Source: Candidatus Aenigmatarchaeota archaeon (GTDB taxonomy: Archaea; Aenigmatarchaeota; Aenigmatarchaeia; CG10238-14; SpSt-28). Taken from it: DNA of 64,000 nucleotides. Shown piece by piece: positions 37,397 to 46,478 of the stretch. Each line of letters begins with the position of its first letter. Positions within the stretch are counted from its first letter, which is position 1. The stretch lies in assembly GCA_032249395.1 (NCBI GenBank), contig JAVVFY010000002.1, forward strand, positions 4,239 through 68,238, in the 5' to 3' direction. A program made the position numbers and the translations under genes. The notes beneath the pieces are model-generated. The model saw only the letters and a list, made by a program, of their open reading frames with translations, had not been told where the DNA came from and ran no database searches.

Positions 37397-39622
37397 TTAC
37401 TTCTTTCCTTTAGATTGAGCATGCAACCAAAAGCTTGCTAGTAGACTTTCTAATTGTATTAACTCATTTGCACCCTCTGAAATTCTAAAATCAACTTCTC
37501 CACATTTTTCTATTAACTCAACTTTTGCTCTATCATCTATATTCAAAGAAGGAATTTGTCTGTGAATTTCTGCAATTATATCACTTCCAGCTAAACCCTT
37601 CTTGATAATCATTTCTCCTAGCATCTTTCTAGCTTCTATGAATTTTCCATTCAAAGCTAAATCAAGCATTTGCCTAACTTCTTGCGGCTTTGCTAAAGAA
37701 GCTGCCTCATAAATAGTATCTTCAGTTATTTTTTCTCCTAGAGCAGAAGCTATTTGCAATATATTAGCTGTTCTCCTTAAATCTCCTTCAACAATTCTAA
37801 CAACAGCCCTTATTCCATCTTCTGTTATTTTTAATTTTTCCCCTTCGACAATTCTTCTAACATACTCTTCAACGTGCTCATCGTCTAAAGCTTTAAATCT
37901 AAAAACGGCACATCTCGATTGAATTGGTTCAATAATTTTGCTAGAATAATTACAAATCAATATAAATCTTGAAATGCTTGCATACATTTCCATCATTCTT
38001 CTTAAAGCTTGTTGAGCGTCACTTGTCATTGCATCGGCTTCATCTAAAATTATTAATTTAAACGGAACGTCTCCTATAGCAACAGTCCTAGCAAATTCTT
38101 TCACCTGACCTCTTATAACATCTATACCTCTTTCATCTGAGTTGTGTAAAAGAACTGGGACATTACCAGCAAAAAACATCTCATTACCTGGAACACTAAC
38201 ATCATAAACGAACCCCTCATAGTCTATAATTTCCAATTTCTTGACTTTCAGTACATGTATATCTGAAGAAACGAGCTTTTCCAAAAATTCTACAGTGAAC
38301 TTCTCTTTTTCATCTAATTTTTCCCTATCAACCATCTCTAAAATCTCTTTTAGAATGTTTTTCGAAACCCTTCTCTTCTTTTCATAAAGTTGATGTCTCA
38401 ATTTATATCTCCAATTTCCTTTTATTTTCCTTTCAATATCCGTTAAAAGCTTTACTACAATTTCGGCTGGCAACAATTCGCTTTTCTTCCATTTCATAGC
38501 TCCTTTCCATATCAGTCTTACCTCTCTTTTGAAAATAGATGACTCAATGCCAGAAGTCCTAGCTAACCAAACAACATCAGTTAACAATTCTCTTGAGACA
38601 GAAGATATTCTAACAACTTTATTCCATTCTCCGCAGCCATCTCCATCTGCCAAACCTTTTAGGTAGTTTATTCTTTCTTTGATTGAAGAATGAAAAACAA
38701 ACGATGGTACCCTCTTGTTATCTGCAATAAAAGGTTTACCATCATAAAAGTTTTCTTTCATAAATTTTGCTAAATTAGTGCTTAAAAGTCTAAGGTGAAT
38801 TGCCGATAGTTTTTTTCTATTAAAACCAGAACCAACTAATCTTTCATAAACACTTATTCCTAAATCATTTGCAAAATTTTTGATTTCATTTATAAGATTC
38901 GTTTCGTGAGCACCAAAGGTATATACTACTTGACCTGACGTGTTTCCTTTAAATCCTACACACCCTTCTGCAGTAAACAATCCAAAAGAATAGAAAAGGT
39001 TGTCTGCTTTAAAAGTAGTTATGTTTGTTGGCAGATTTGCTTCAAGATTAGAGACAAAACTTATAATGTAATCTCCTTCTTTTAACTCACTTGCAGATTT
39101 TGGCTTTAAACCATTTTTGTCTAACACCATCACGGAATGGTTTCCAGTAAGTTTTAGTTCGCCTCCACCCTCAAATCTAATTTTTAATATCTTGTTAACT
39201 TTGTGTCTTATTATTTTTGAAACTTTTTCCCATTTTACCTTTAGATTATTATCCACCGTGAGAACCTCTAAATTGTTAACATCTTTGTAAAATTCGTTTT
39301 CCTTAAAATAGATACTATCAAGCTCCTCAAAATTTGTCCTTTTTATTTTTCCGTTAATTTTTACTAAGATAGGTGTATCTTTTGAAACTGATGCATTGAG
39401 CTGTAATACATTTTGCCTCCATTGTTCGCCATATAATTCTCTAGCTAAAACTAATGCAAGAGTTGTTTTTCCTGTACCTGGTGGCCCTGCGAAAAGCATG
39501 TGCGGTATGTTTTTGCTTTTAGCAAAAGCCTTTACCCTTTCAACAACGTTCTCCTGATTAATTATTTCGTCAAATTTTTTTGGTCTATACTTTTCTGCCC
39601 AAACCTCAAACTCTTTTGCCAT
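37397..39622 (-). CDS. rfcS: replication factor C small subunit containing a 417-aa LAGLIDADG intein
   Basis: Exteins EKYRPKKFDEII...AGPPGTGKTT...LQLNA | SDERGIDVIRGQ...DEADAM...SRC join to give the canonical LNASDERGID. The intein (residues 78-494) starts SVSKDTPILV, ends VLLHN, and has two LAGLIDADG-like blocks (FGLFTAEGCVG, LKGLADGDGCG). Confidence 0.85.
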   Translation of the reverse strand: MAKEFEVWAEKYRPKKFDEIINQENVVERVKAFAKSKNIPHMLFAGPPGTGKTTLALVLARELYGEQWRQNVLQLNASVSKDTPILVKINGKIKRTNFEELDSIYFKENEFYKDVNNLEVLTVDNNLKVKWEKVSKIIRHKVNKILKIRFEGGGELKLTGNHSVMVLDKNGLKPKSASELKEGDYIISFVSNLEANLPTNITTFKADNLFYSFGLFTAEGCVGFKGNTSGQVVYTFGAHETNLINEIKNFANDLGISVYERLVGSGFNRKKLSAIHLRLLSTNLAKFMKENFYDGKPFIADNKRVPSFVFHSSIKERINYLKGLADGDGCGEWNKVVRISSVSRELLTDVVWLARTSGIESSIFKREVRLIWKGAMKWKKSELLPAEIVVKLLTDIERKIKGNWRYKLRHQLYEKKRRVSKNILKEILEMVDREKLDEKEKFTVEFLEKLVSSDIHVLKVKKLEIIDYEGFVYDVSVPGNEMFFAGNVPVLLHNSDERGIDVIRGQVKEFARTVAIGDVPFKLIILDEADAMTSDAQQALRRMMEMYASISRFILICNYSSKIIEPIQSRCAVFRFKALDDEHVEEYVRRIVEGEKLKITEDGIRAVVRIVEGDLRRTANILQIASALGEKITEDTIYEAASLAKPQEVRQMLDLALNGKFIEARKMLGEMIIKKGLAGSDIIAEIHRQIPSLNIDDRAKVELIEKCGEVDFRISEGANELIQLESLLASFWLHAQSKGKK
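38141..39391 (-). mobile_element. intein with LAGLIDADG homing-endonuclease domain inside rfcS
   Basis: Boundaries inferred from extein continuity. C-terminal HN plus a +1 Ser. Confidence 0.7.
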
Positions 39623-39654
39623 AATTCTTTATTTCTTTTTCTTCATTAAAAACT

Positions 39655-42255
39655 TTAAACCAATGCTGCAGTTCCTCCGGAATGCCATGATACTCTCGGT
39701 CTTATAACAACTGTGAAAACTTTCTCTAAGTTATCATCTAAAATCAGAGCTGCACCAGGCCATCTTGGTAGAGAATTCAAGTAAGCTTCTAATTCTTCCT
39801 GCATATAGGTTTGCATAACGGCATGAAGTGCTTGAATATCATCTCTGGATGTAAGTCTAAAGGAAATTACAATATCTGTTTGACTTAAAATCTCCTGATG
39901 TATTTTATTAGGCATTTGTGTTATAACTACTAAACCTACTCCAGGTTCTCTACCTTGTTTTGCAATTATTTTTATTGGTTCACTACTAGCAACTTCTTTA
40001 TCGCTTGGTATAAAGTTATGAGCCTCTTCTAAAATCAACCAAACTATTGGAAATGTGAATTTCGGTTTTTCTCCGGTTATTTTAAACTTTTCTTCTTCTT
40101 TTCTGGCTAAAACTCTTAATCTATAAATTTCTCTTGCTATTAATGCTACTAACAAATTTCTCAATTCTTCTGATCTCATTCTGGAAACATCTATAACAGT
40201 TATCTTTCCTGGCTCGGCTATTTCTTCTATTTTTGTTCCTTCCTTCACAATAAGTTTCCACTCGTTAGCAACAGATAACAAACTTACCAAAGCGTCTCTA
40301 ACTTCTTTTTTCGTTTCTTCATCTTTTCTAATTTCTTCAATCAAGTCAGTCAAATCAAATTTCTCTTTTTCTCTTTGAAGTTTTGTAAAATTTTTTTCAA
40401 GAGCAACTCCTTCTTCACTTAATCTATCCAACCTGAAAGCCAATAATATTTCTTCTGGAGTTAATTCACTTAAACTCAAAGCAATAGTTCCATCAACTGG
40501 AACTCCAGCATTTTTATAGCTCTCTAGCTGACCAATAGGAACTAAAACTTTTAGATTTGTTAAACCTTTCGGCTCCAATTGCCATTCCTTCAATAAATTC
40601 TTTTGTTGTTCATTAGGATATTTCATACTCCAGTAAATTCCAACTGGATCGACAACAATAAAAGACATTTTGTTTCTGTATTCATCTGGCAAAAAAGAAA
40701 ATTCTTCAAGAATTGCTCCTGCAGAGTATGAATTGTGTAAAATTACACCATTACCAACAAAATTGTGCTCATCGTTTACGGTAATGTCAAATACTTTTGT
40801 TCTTTCATTAATTGTAGTCTTCTCAACAACTTTTACCCAAACGATGTCTGGAGAGGAAATTTTAAGTAGATATTCATCATTAAAATATTCTCCGATTTTT
40901 CTGATTGTCGATTTCAAAGGATTATACTTGTATTTTGTAGAAACACCTTTCCAATTCTTATATCCCAGAGCTTTACCTATCTCTTTTTTCGAGTATTTTT
41001 CTTTTATGTATTTCCATATTGATTTTGGCAAATAATCGAAATTTGAATGATATTTTCTATTGTTGGCTAAAATCTCACTTATTAGTTTCTCTTTTCCTGG
41101 AAAACCTATATGAGTTATGAACTTTTTAATAGATTCTTTATCTGTAACAAAAAGAGTATAGTAAGTTTCTCCTTTAACCTTTTTCTCTCTTATGTATGAA
41201 AATATACCAAATCTGAGAAGCAAATAGAAAACTCCTTCTACCATTTTTCTGGATTTAGAAGCATACTCCAAAACATAAACTTGTTTACCTCTACTTTTTT
41301 TCTTGTATAGCGAGCCATCTCCTATAAACAAACATCGAAGGAAAAGGGCAATTTTTTTGTTAGAAAGAGAAAAGATAAACGAAGGTATAAACTTTTCTCC
41401 AGCTTTTTTGTTTTTTAATCCAAGCGATTCTAACCAGTTTAGCAGACTATTTCTCTCAAATATTAATCTAGATCCTTTAGAAAATTTACCATTTGGTAAT
41501 CGTCTAACATTATTCTCTTTAAGTTTTAGTTTAGTACCAACAACACGATATGTCGATGGATTACTCTTCATTCTCACTACTTTGAGACTTTTGTCAAACT
41601 TTTTCACACATTCTATAAAATCGTTAACAACTTCTTTGCTAGAATTTGTAAACCACACAAATGTTTTCCCTATGGTTCCTTCTGATAATATGTATCCTAA
41701 CAATTTTATCTTTTCATCTTCGATGTTATCAGTTCCTTCTACCGGAAAATAAGATGCAACAGCTATAACATCACCTTCTTTAATATCTTCAGCTCTTTTC
41801 CAACCAAAAGGAGTTAAGATCGGGTGTTCTTTTGTGACTTTTATCTCTATTCCATTCCAAAGTTTCATTTTTATTATGCTATCTACTTCTCTCTCAAAAA
41901 AATCGATAGCTTTAGAGGGCTTTATTTTAAAGTTGTCTTGATTTAGTGAAAGCACTCTAGAAATTTCTCTTTTCTTAACTAATTCCTCGATAGGCAAAAG
42001 TCTTCCATCTCCAAGTTGCACTAGAGTATCTCCAGTTACACACTTTCCGCTACCCCTTTTTCCACAAATCAAAATAACGTGAATTTTCAAGAAATCTAGA
42101 TAAACTTTTGTTGTTAAATGAGCATCTTCTCCTTTTCCAACAATGTGTTTACCAATATAACCAGCACCTATATTTCCAAACTTCTCCAAATCTTTTCTTT
42201 CTCTACCAACAACAGTTGGATAAGCTTTAACAATATCCTCATAAAATTCTTCCAT
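39655..42255 (-). CDS. HerA-like (DUF87) P-loop ATPase containing a 437-aa LAGLIDADG intein in the Walker A motif
   Basis: Extein GKRGSGK | SYSAGAILEE restores a GxxGSGKS P-loop. Walker B is LILEEAHNFIP, as in HerA/FtsK-like ATPases. Intein runs CVTGDTLV...VILHN with LAGLIDADG-like blocks (LGYILSEGTIG, FLRCLFIGDGS). Confidence 0.6.
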   Translation of the reverse strand: MEEFYEDIVKAYPTVVGRERKDLEKFGNIGAGYIGKHIVGKGEDAHLTTKVYLDFLKIHVILICGKRGSGKCVTGDTLVQLGDGRLLPIEELVKKREISRVLSLNQDNFKIKPSKAIDFFEREVDSIIKMKLWNGIEIKVTKEHPILTPFGWKRAEDIKEGDVIAVASYFPVEGTDNIEDEKIKLLGYILSEGTIGKTFVWFTNSSKEVVNDFIECVKKFDKSLKVVRMKSNPSTYRVVGTKLKLKENNVRRLPNGKFSKGSRLIFERNSLLNWLESLGLKNKKAGEKFIPSFIFSLSNKKIALFLRCLFIGDGSLYKKKSRGKQVYVLEYASKSRKMVEGVFYLLLRFGIFSYIREKKVKGETYYTLFVTDKESIKKFITHIGFPGKEKLISEILANNRKYHSNFDYLPKSIWKYIKEKYSKKEIGKALGYKNWKGVSTKYKYNPLKSTIRKIGEYFNDEYLLKISSPDIVWVKVVEKTTINERTKVFDITVNDEHNFVGNGVILHNSYSAGAILEEFSFLPDEYRNKMSFIVVDPVGIYWSMKYPNEQQKNLLKEWQLEPKGLTNLKVLVPIGQLESYKNAGVPVDGTIALSLSELTPEEILLAFRLDRLSEEGVALEKNFTKLQREKEKFDLTDLIEEIRKDEETKKEVRDALVSLLSVANEWKLIVKEGTKIEEIAEPGKITVIDVSRMRSEELRNLLVALIAREIYRLRVLARKEEEKFKITGEKPKFTFPIVWLILEEAHNFIPSDKEVASSEPIKIIAKQGREPGVGLVVITQMPNKIHQEILSQTDIVISFRLTSRDDIQALHAVMQTYMQEELEAYLNSLPRWPGAALILDDNLEKVFTVVIRPRVSWHSGGTAALV
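40732..42042 (-). mobile_element. intein with LAGLIDADG homing-endonuclease domain inside the HerA-like ATPase gene
   Basis: Canonical Cys1 ... HN / Ser+1 boundaries, read from the translation. Confidence 0.7.
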
Positions 42256-42287
42256 AAAAATTATTTCTCTGATAAATTATTATTGAT

Positions 42288-42374
42288 GGGGCCGTAGTCT
42301 AGCTTGGTCTAGGACGCCACCTTGGGGAATTATACAAAATGGTGGTAACCCGAGTTCAAATCTCGGCGGCCCCA
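42288..42374 (+). tRNA. tRNA-Pro (anticodon GGG) with a 12-nt intron (42328-42339)
   Basis: Acceptor GGGGCCG/CGGCCCC. Anticodon stem CCACC/GGTGG encloses 19 nt, read as UUGGGG + intron AATTATACAAAA + U. T-arm CCGAG-TTCAAAT-CTCGG. Confidence 0.7.
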
Positions 42375-42412
42375 AAATTGTTTTTTAATTATTCGAAACT
42401 ATTAGTATTGAT

Positions 42413-43417
42413 ATGAAAATTGCTTTCTATGAGGTAAGAGAAGACGAAAAGGAGTATTTTAAAGATAAGTTGAAAAATTTTGAGCTATTATTCTTTTCCG
42501 ATCCTATTAAAGAAGATAATGTTGTTTATGATGCTGATATCATATCTATTTTCGTAGATTCCAAAATAAACAAGAATTTATTAGATAAACTTAAGAACAC
42601 CAAACTCATTTGCACGAGATCTACAGGTTATGATCACATAGACTTAGAAGAGTGTAAAAAAAGAGGAATAGTTGTATCAAATGTTCCCAGCTATGGTATT
42701 GAAACTGTTGCCGAACACACATTTGCTCTCATCTTGGCTGCGTCTAGAAGGCTAATCGAAAGTTTTGAAAGAACTAGAAAAGGAGAATTCTCAAACAAAA
42801 ATTTGACTGGGTTTGAACTAAGGGGAAAAACAATTGGAATAATAGGAGCTGGGAAAATAGGAAGGAGGGTTGCGGAAATAGCAAAAGCTTTTGGAATGAG
42901 AGTTTTAGCATATGATATTTTCCAGAACATAGATGAGGCAAAAAGAATTGGATATGAGTATGTTCCGCTAGATACTTTATTGAAAGAATCAGACATAATA
43001 ACACTTCATGCCAATTTAACAAAAGAAAATTATCACATGATAAACAAAGACGCTTTTGAAAAAATGAAAGATGGTGTAGTAATAGTTAACACTGCTAGGG
43101 GAGCAATAATAGATACTGAGGCTCTTATAAAATATTTGAAATCCGGAAAAGTTTCTTATGCGGCATTAGATGTTTTAGAGGCCGAGCCAGAAATAAAAGA
43201 AGAAATGCAAGTTTTTGAAAAAGAACAAGATATTATTCAAATAAAAAAATTACTTTTCAATCACATTCTATTCGAAATGGAAGACAGATTAGAGAGAGTA
43301 ATAATAACTCCGCATAATGCTTTCAACAGCAAAGAAGCGCTTGAAGAAATAAAGAGAACGACAGTTGATAATATCATCTCATTCATAAATGGCAAACCCA
43401 TTAATGTTGTGGTGTGA
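42413..43417 (+). CDS. D-isomer-specific 2-hydroxyacid dehydrogenase family (e.g. glyoxylate/hydroxypyruvate reductase or PGDH-like)
   Basis: NAD-binding GKTIGIIGAGKIGRRVA, with catalytic R/E/H regions typical of the family. Confidence 0.75.
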   Translation: MKIAFYEVREDEKEYFKDKLKNFELLFFSDPIKEDNVVYDADIISIFVDSKINKNLLDKLKNTKLICTRSTGYDHIDLEECKKRGIVVSNVPSYGIETVAEHTFALILAASRRLIESFERTRKGEFSNKNLTGFELRGKTIGIIGAGKIGRRVAEIAKAFGMRVLAYDIFQNIDEAKRIGYEYVPLDTLLKESDIITLHANLTKENYHMINKDAFEKMKDGVVIVNTARGAIIDTEALIKYLKSGKVSYAALDVLEAEPEIKEEMQVFEKEQDIIQIKKLLFNHILFEMEDRLERVIITPHNAFNSKEALEEIKRTTVDNIISFINGKPINVVV

Positions 43418-43481
43418 TTCTTTAATAGATTAAATAGATTAAGCGGTCAAAAATGTTATTTTAAGCTGTTTAGATTATATT

Positions 43482-44054
43482 ATGGGCAACGAACTAGTAG
43501 AGAAAATTAGAAACATAGTTATAGATGTCTGCAAACAACTGGAAAGACTCGATGATTATAATTATCATATATCTGTTGTAGAAAATCTTGCTGTAGATCT
43601 TGGAAAAAGATTTGGTGCAGACGAAGAAATACTGAGGATTGCGGCTTTATTACATGAGATATGAAGAATTAAATTTGGTTCGGAGAGACATGAAGAAACA
43701 GGAGCAATAGAAGCTGAGAAGATTTTGAAAGAATTGAAGTTAGAAGAAAAGACGATAGAAAAGATTATAGAGTGTATAAAAGAGCATAGACATGAAAAAC
43801 CAACAATTCCTGTTTCTTTAGAAGCCAAAATCTTGAAGATTGCAGATGCATACTCACATTTCAAAAAACCTTTGGAGATTGCTTATATGGCAGTTAAGAT
43901 GGGTTTTGGATTAGAGGAAAGCTTATTGTGGATGAAGAATAAACTAGAAAAAGACTTGAAGTTTTTGAAGGAGATGAGCAACGAATTAGATATAAAAGAT
44001 GTTATAGAAGAATGTGAGAAGAAATATGAATGCTTCTCATGCTTATTAAGTTAG
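43482..44054 (+). pseudogene. HD-domain phosphohydrolase interrupted by an in-frame TGA (43662-43664)
   Basis: ORFs 43482-43664 and 43725-44054 are in the same frame. Read-through gives ...AALLHEI*RIKFGSERHEETG... The stop sits at the Gly position of the HD-family H-D-I-G-K motif. Confidence 0.5.
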
Positions 44055-44144
44055 TTTCTTATGAATTTCTATAGAGGGGACGTAGTCTAACTTGGCTAGG
44101 ACGCCGGCCTTGGGCGCCGGGAATCTGGGTTCAAATCCCAGCGT
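43939..44144. repeat. 206-bp direct repeat, copy A (3' end of HD gene + intergenic + tRNA-Pro-TGG)
   Basis: Identical to 46232-46437 as far as I can read. The copies diverge only in the last 5 nt of the tRNA acceptor arm. Confidence 0.85.
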
Positions 44145-44149
44145 CCCCA
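44076..44149 (+). tRNA. tRNA-Pro (anticodon TGG), copy A
   Basis: Acceptor GGGGACG/CGTCCCC. Anticodon stem CCGGC/GCCGG, loop CUUGGGC. T-arm CTGGG-TTCAAAT-CCCAG. Confidence 0.85.
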
Positions 44150-44196
44150 TTTCACAATTGATAAATATTTATAAAGTAAGGAAAACCGTAAAACAC

Positions 44197-44820
44197 ATGA
44201 AAGAAGATTCTATAAAAAAGTCGATGACAAAAGTTGTCCTTTATATTGTTCTAACAATAATTGTATTGGCTGTAGTTAAATGGGTTTTTAATGATGGTGT
44301 AAAAATTATAGCTAACTTGACACATTATAACGGGATTTATGGCCTAAAAGATTATGAGCTCTATACAAACTTGCTAGTAATTATTGTATTTGGTTGGATG
44401 ATAATTAACTCACTGGCTTCTAAATTTTAACTAATTTTTAATGAGAAATATGGTGAATATACGGCAGCTGCAATAAGAAGCCTTGTAAGAATTTTAGGAG
44501 TTGGTGGATTAATAGCTGGAATTGCAGGTTTAGTTGGTGGTGGAGTCGCCGCTGTTGCACTAGGTGGTTTTATAGGAATGGTAATAGGTTTTGCTACTCA
44601 ACAAGTTTTGGGTCAAGCAATAGCTGGTTTGTTTATAATGATTACAAGACCATTTAAAATTAATGACGTCGTAGATGTGGCTGGAGAAAGTGAAGTTGTG
44701 GTCAAGGATATAACATCATTGTTTACTGTAGTAGAGAGAAAATATGGATTGATAGATTTAGTACCAAGTTCTATGATTATTAGTCAAAAAATTGTATTCA
44801 GAAATACATCTGGTAAATAA
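44197..44820 (+). pseudogene. MscS-like small mechanosensitive channel interrupted by in-frame TAA (44428-44430), also C-terminally short
   Basis: TM1-TM2 ORF (MKEDSIKK...) then TAA, then the same frame continues ...GGFIGMVIGFATQQVLGQAIAGLFIMITRPFKINDVVDVAG (MscS TM3 and beta domain). Confidence 0.45.
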
Positions 44821-44834
44821 AAAATACAATGATA

Positions 44835-45623
44835 TTACTCGTATTTTTTAAAAACAACTTCTTTACCATTTTCTATTAATCTGGCCTCTATTTCCACCAT
44901 ATCATCTATACCAGAGGTTTTTATTTTACTTTTTAGCAACTCATCAACCTGAAATATCCCTGCAGGATTTGACATTACTATAACTATCTTTATTGGTTTT
45001 TTATTTCCCTCTAGAATCTCTACCTTTTCTATTGCTAAGGCAGATACAGAGTGTATGTCGATTTTCCCTAATTTGAATGGTATTCTTGCTCTACCCTTTT
45101 CCATATCTAAAGCATCTGCAATTTTAACTATTCCAGCTTCAATAGTAAATGGTTCTATATCTGCTTCATGAGAAAAAATAGCATGTAAAACTTCAAACTT
45201 TATTATATCTTTTTTTTCATCATCGTAAACTCCAGAAAGAAGCTCATCTAATATCTTATCTGCAATAACTATAGAAAAGAATGGATGATATTTCCTATGA
45301 ACAACATGACCAATATCATGCAACAATGAAGCTAAAGTTACGACGACTTCTGCGTCATCTATTCCCATATTATAGTTCTTAACAATGCTTGGAGTTATTC
45401 CCTTTTTTACCAATATTCTAAGTATTGTTAACGCATGATTGGCAACTATCTTCACATGGACTGGTCCATGATCATTATAACCAAGTCTATCTATTGCGTT
45501 TATATTAGAAGATTTAAGTAGAGTCAATAATCTTGTATTTTTGTTTATATTAGAAACTAGCTTAAGCAATTTTTCATTTCCATTATATGTAACCCCAAAA
45601 AAATTCCCAGATTTGTTTTCCAT
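44835..45623 (-). CDS. HD-domain protein (metal-dependent phosphohydrolase)
   Basis: HGPVHVKIVANHAL ... LLHDIGH ... H...D motifs. Confidence 0.6.
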   Translation of the reverse strand: MENKSGNFFGVTYNGNEKLLKLVSNINKNTRLLTLLKSSNINAIDRLGYNDHGPVHVKIVANHALTILRILVKKGITPSIVKNYNMGIDDAEVVVTLASLLHDIGHVVHRKYHPFFSIVIADKILDELLSGVYDDEKKDIIKFEVLHAIFSHEADIEPFTIEAGIVKIADALDMEKGRARIPFKLGKIDIHSVSALAIEKVEILEGNKKPIKIVIVMSNPAGIFQVDELLKSKIKTSGIDDMVEIEARLIENGKEVVFKKYE

Positions 45624-45683
45624 TTTCCATCACCTCTTTTAAGAGTTTATTTTAAGCTGAAAATTTAAATATTTTAAAAGTTC

Positions 45684-46229
45684 TTAGCTGCTGGAATAGT
45701 AATATATCCTTAATATGTTGTTGCTGAACAAAACATTACCTTCACTTATTAGAGAGACTGAAACATTGTTATTTGGATATAATAAAAGTGGATTACCTGC
45801 TAAGTCTCTGGTTATGTTAATGTGAAAAGTTCTAAACATAGGTTTACCAATGAACACTATTTGGTTGTTAAACTTGATCCGGATTGATGGAAGTTGTTGA
45901 GAATCCGACACTAAGATAGAAGAAAATCCTAATGCATAGAAATTATCGATCTCCCATCTAGAAAGCGGAACCTCAAATATATATGGATAGGACTTATACT
46001 TAACTTTAACTTCTGCTCTCACTACATGGTATGACGTTTTAAATAAAATTCCAAAACCCTCATTCTCTGCCTCAAGTCTAACAAAGTTAATTTCTTTTAA
46101 ATAGCTCAAATTCAAAGATATTTCCTCAAAGTATCCGCCACTTTCAATCTTATTTCTATAAATAACATTGCCGTTAAGTTTGACCACAAAATATCCAGGT
46201 CCGCCTACTTCATCTAAAATTAAATTCAA
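45684..46229 (-). CDS. N-terminally truncated paralog of the secreted protein encoded at 48060-49160
   Basis: GYFVVKLNGNVIYRNK...SYPYIFEVPLSRWEIDNFYALGFSS aligns with residues ~190-366 of the 366-aa protein. The ORF starts exactly at the edge of repeat copy B. Confidence 0.45.
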   Translation of the reverse strand: MNLILDEVGGPGYFVVKLNGNVIYRNKIESGGYFEEISLNLSYLKEINFVRLEAENEGFGILFKTSYHVVRAEVKVKYKSYPYIFEVPLSRWEIDNFYALGFSSILVSDSQQLPSIRIKFNNQIVFIGKPMFRTFHINITRDLAGNPLLLYPNNNVSVSLISEGNVLFSNNILRIYYYSSS

Positions 46230-46231
46230 TT

Positions 46232-46437
46232 ATAAACTAGAAAAAGACTTGAAGTTTTTGAAGGAGATGAGCAACGAATTAGATATAAAAGATGTTATAG
46301 AAGAATGTGAGAAGAAATATGAATGCTTCTCATGCTTATTAAGTTAGTTTCTTATGAATTTCTATAGAGGGGACGTAGTCTAACTTGGCTAGGACGCCGG
46401 CCTTGGGCGCCGGGAATCTGGGTTCAAATCCCAGCGT
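46232..46437. repeat. 206-bp direct repeat, copy B
   Basis: See copy A. Confidence 0.85.
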
Positions 46438-46442
46438 TTCCA
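46369..46442 (+). tRNA. tRNA-Pro (anticodon TGG), copy B with variant 3' acceptor strand (CGTTTCC; two G-U pairs)
   Basis: Identical to copy A through position 68. The 3' end differs, so possibly a relic copy. Confidence 0.55.
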
Positions 46443-46478
46443 CTTGAATTAATTAAGTTTAATATTCAGAATATCTAT

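Noticed and set aside
40670-41752. Two plus-strand ORFs (121 and 149 aa) inside the HerA-like gene
   Set aside because: They lie antisense to the intein/extein coding sequence, have low complexity and no motifs.
43662-43664. UGA recoding (e.g. UGA=Gly) suggested by TGA at the Gly position of the HDIG motif
   Set aside because: TGA is used as the terminator of several conserved genes in the window (e.g. rps13 at 15392, the methyltransferase at 12222, the HTH-nuclease at 14422). Global reassignment is therefore not supported.
44092-44196. N-terminal extension of the ORF starting at 44092 (MARTPALGAGNLGSNP...)
   Set aside because: It is a translation of the tRNA-Pro(TGG) gene itself. The real start was moved to Met at 44197.
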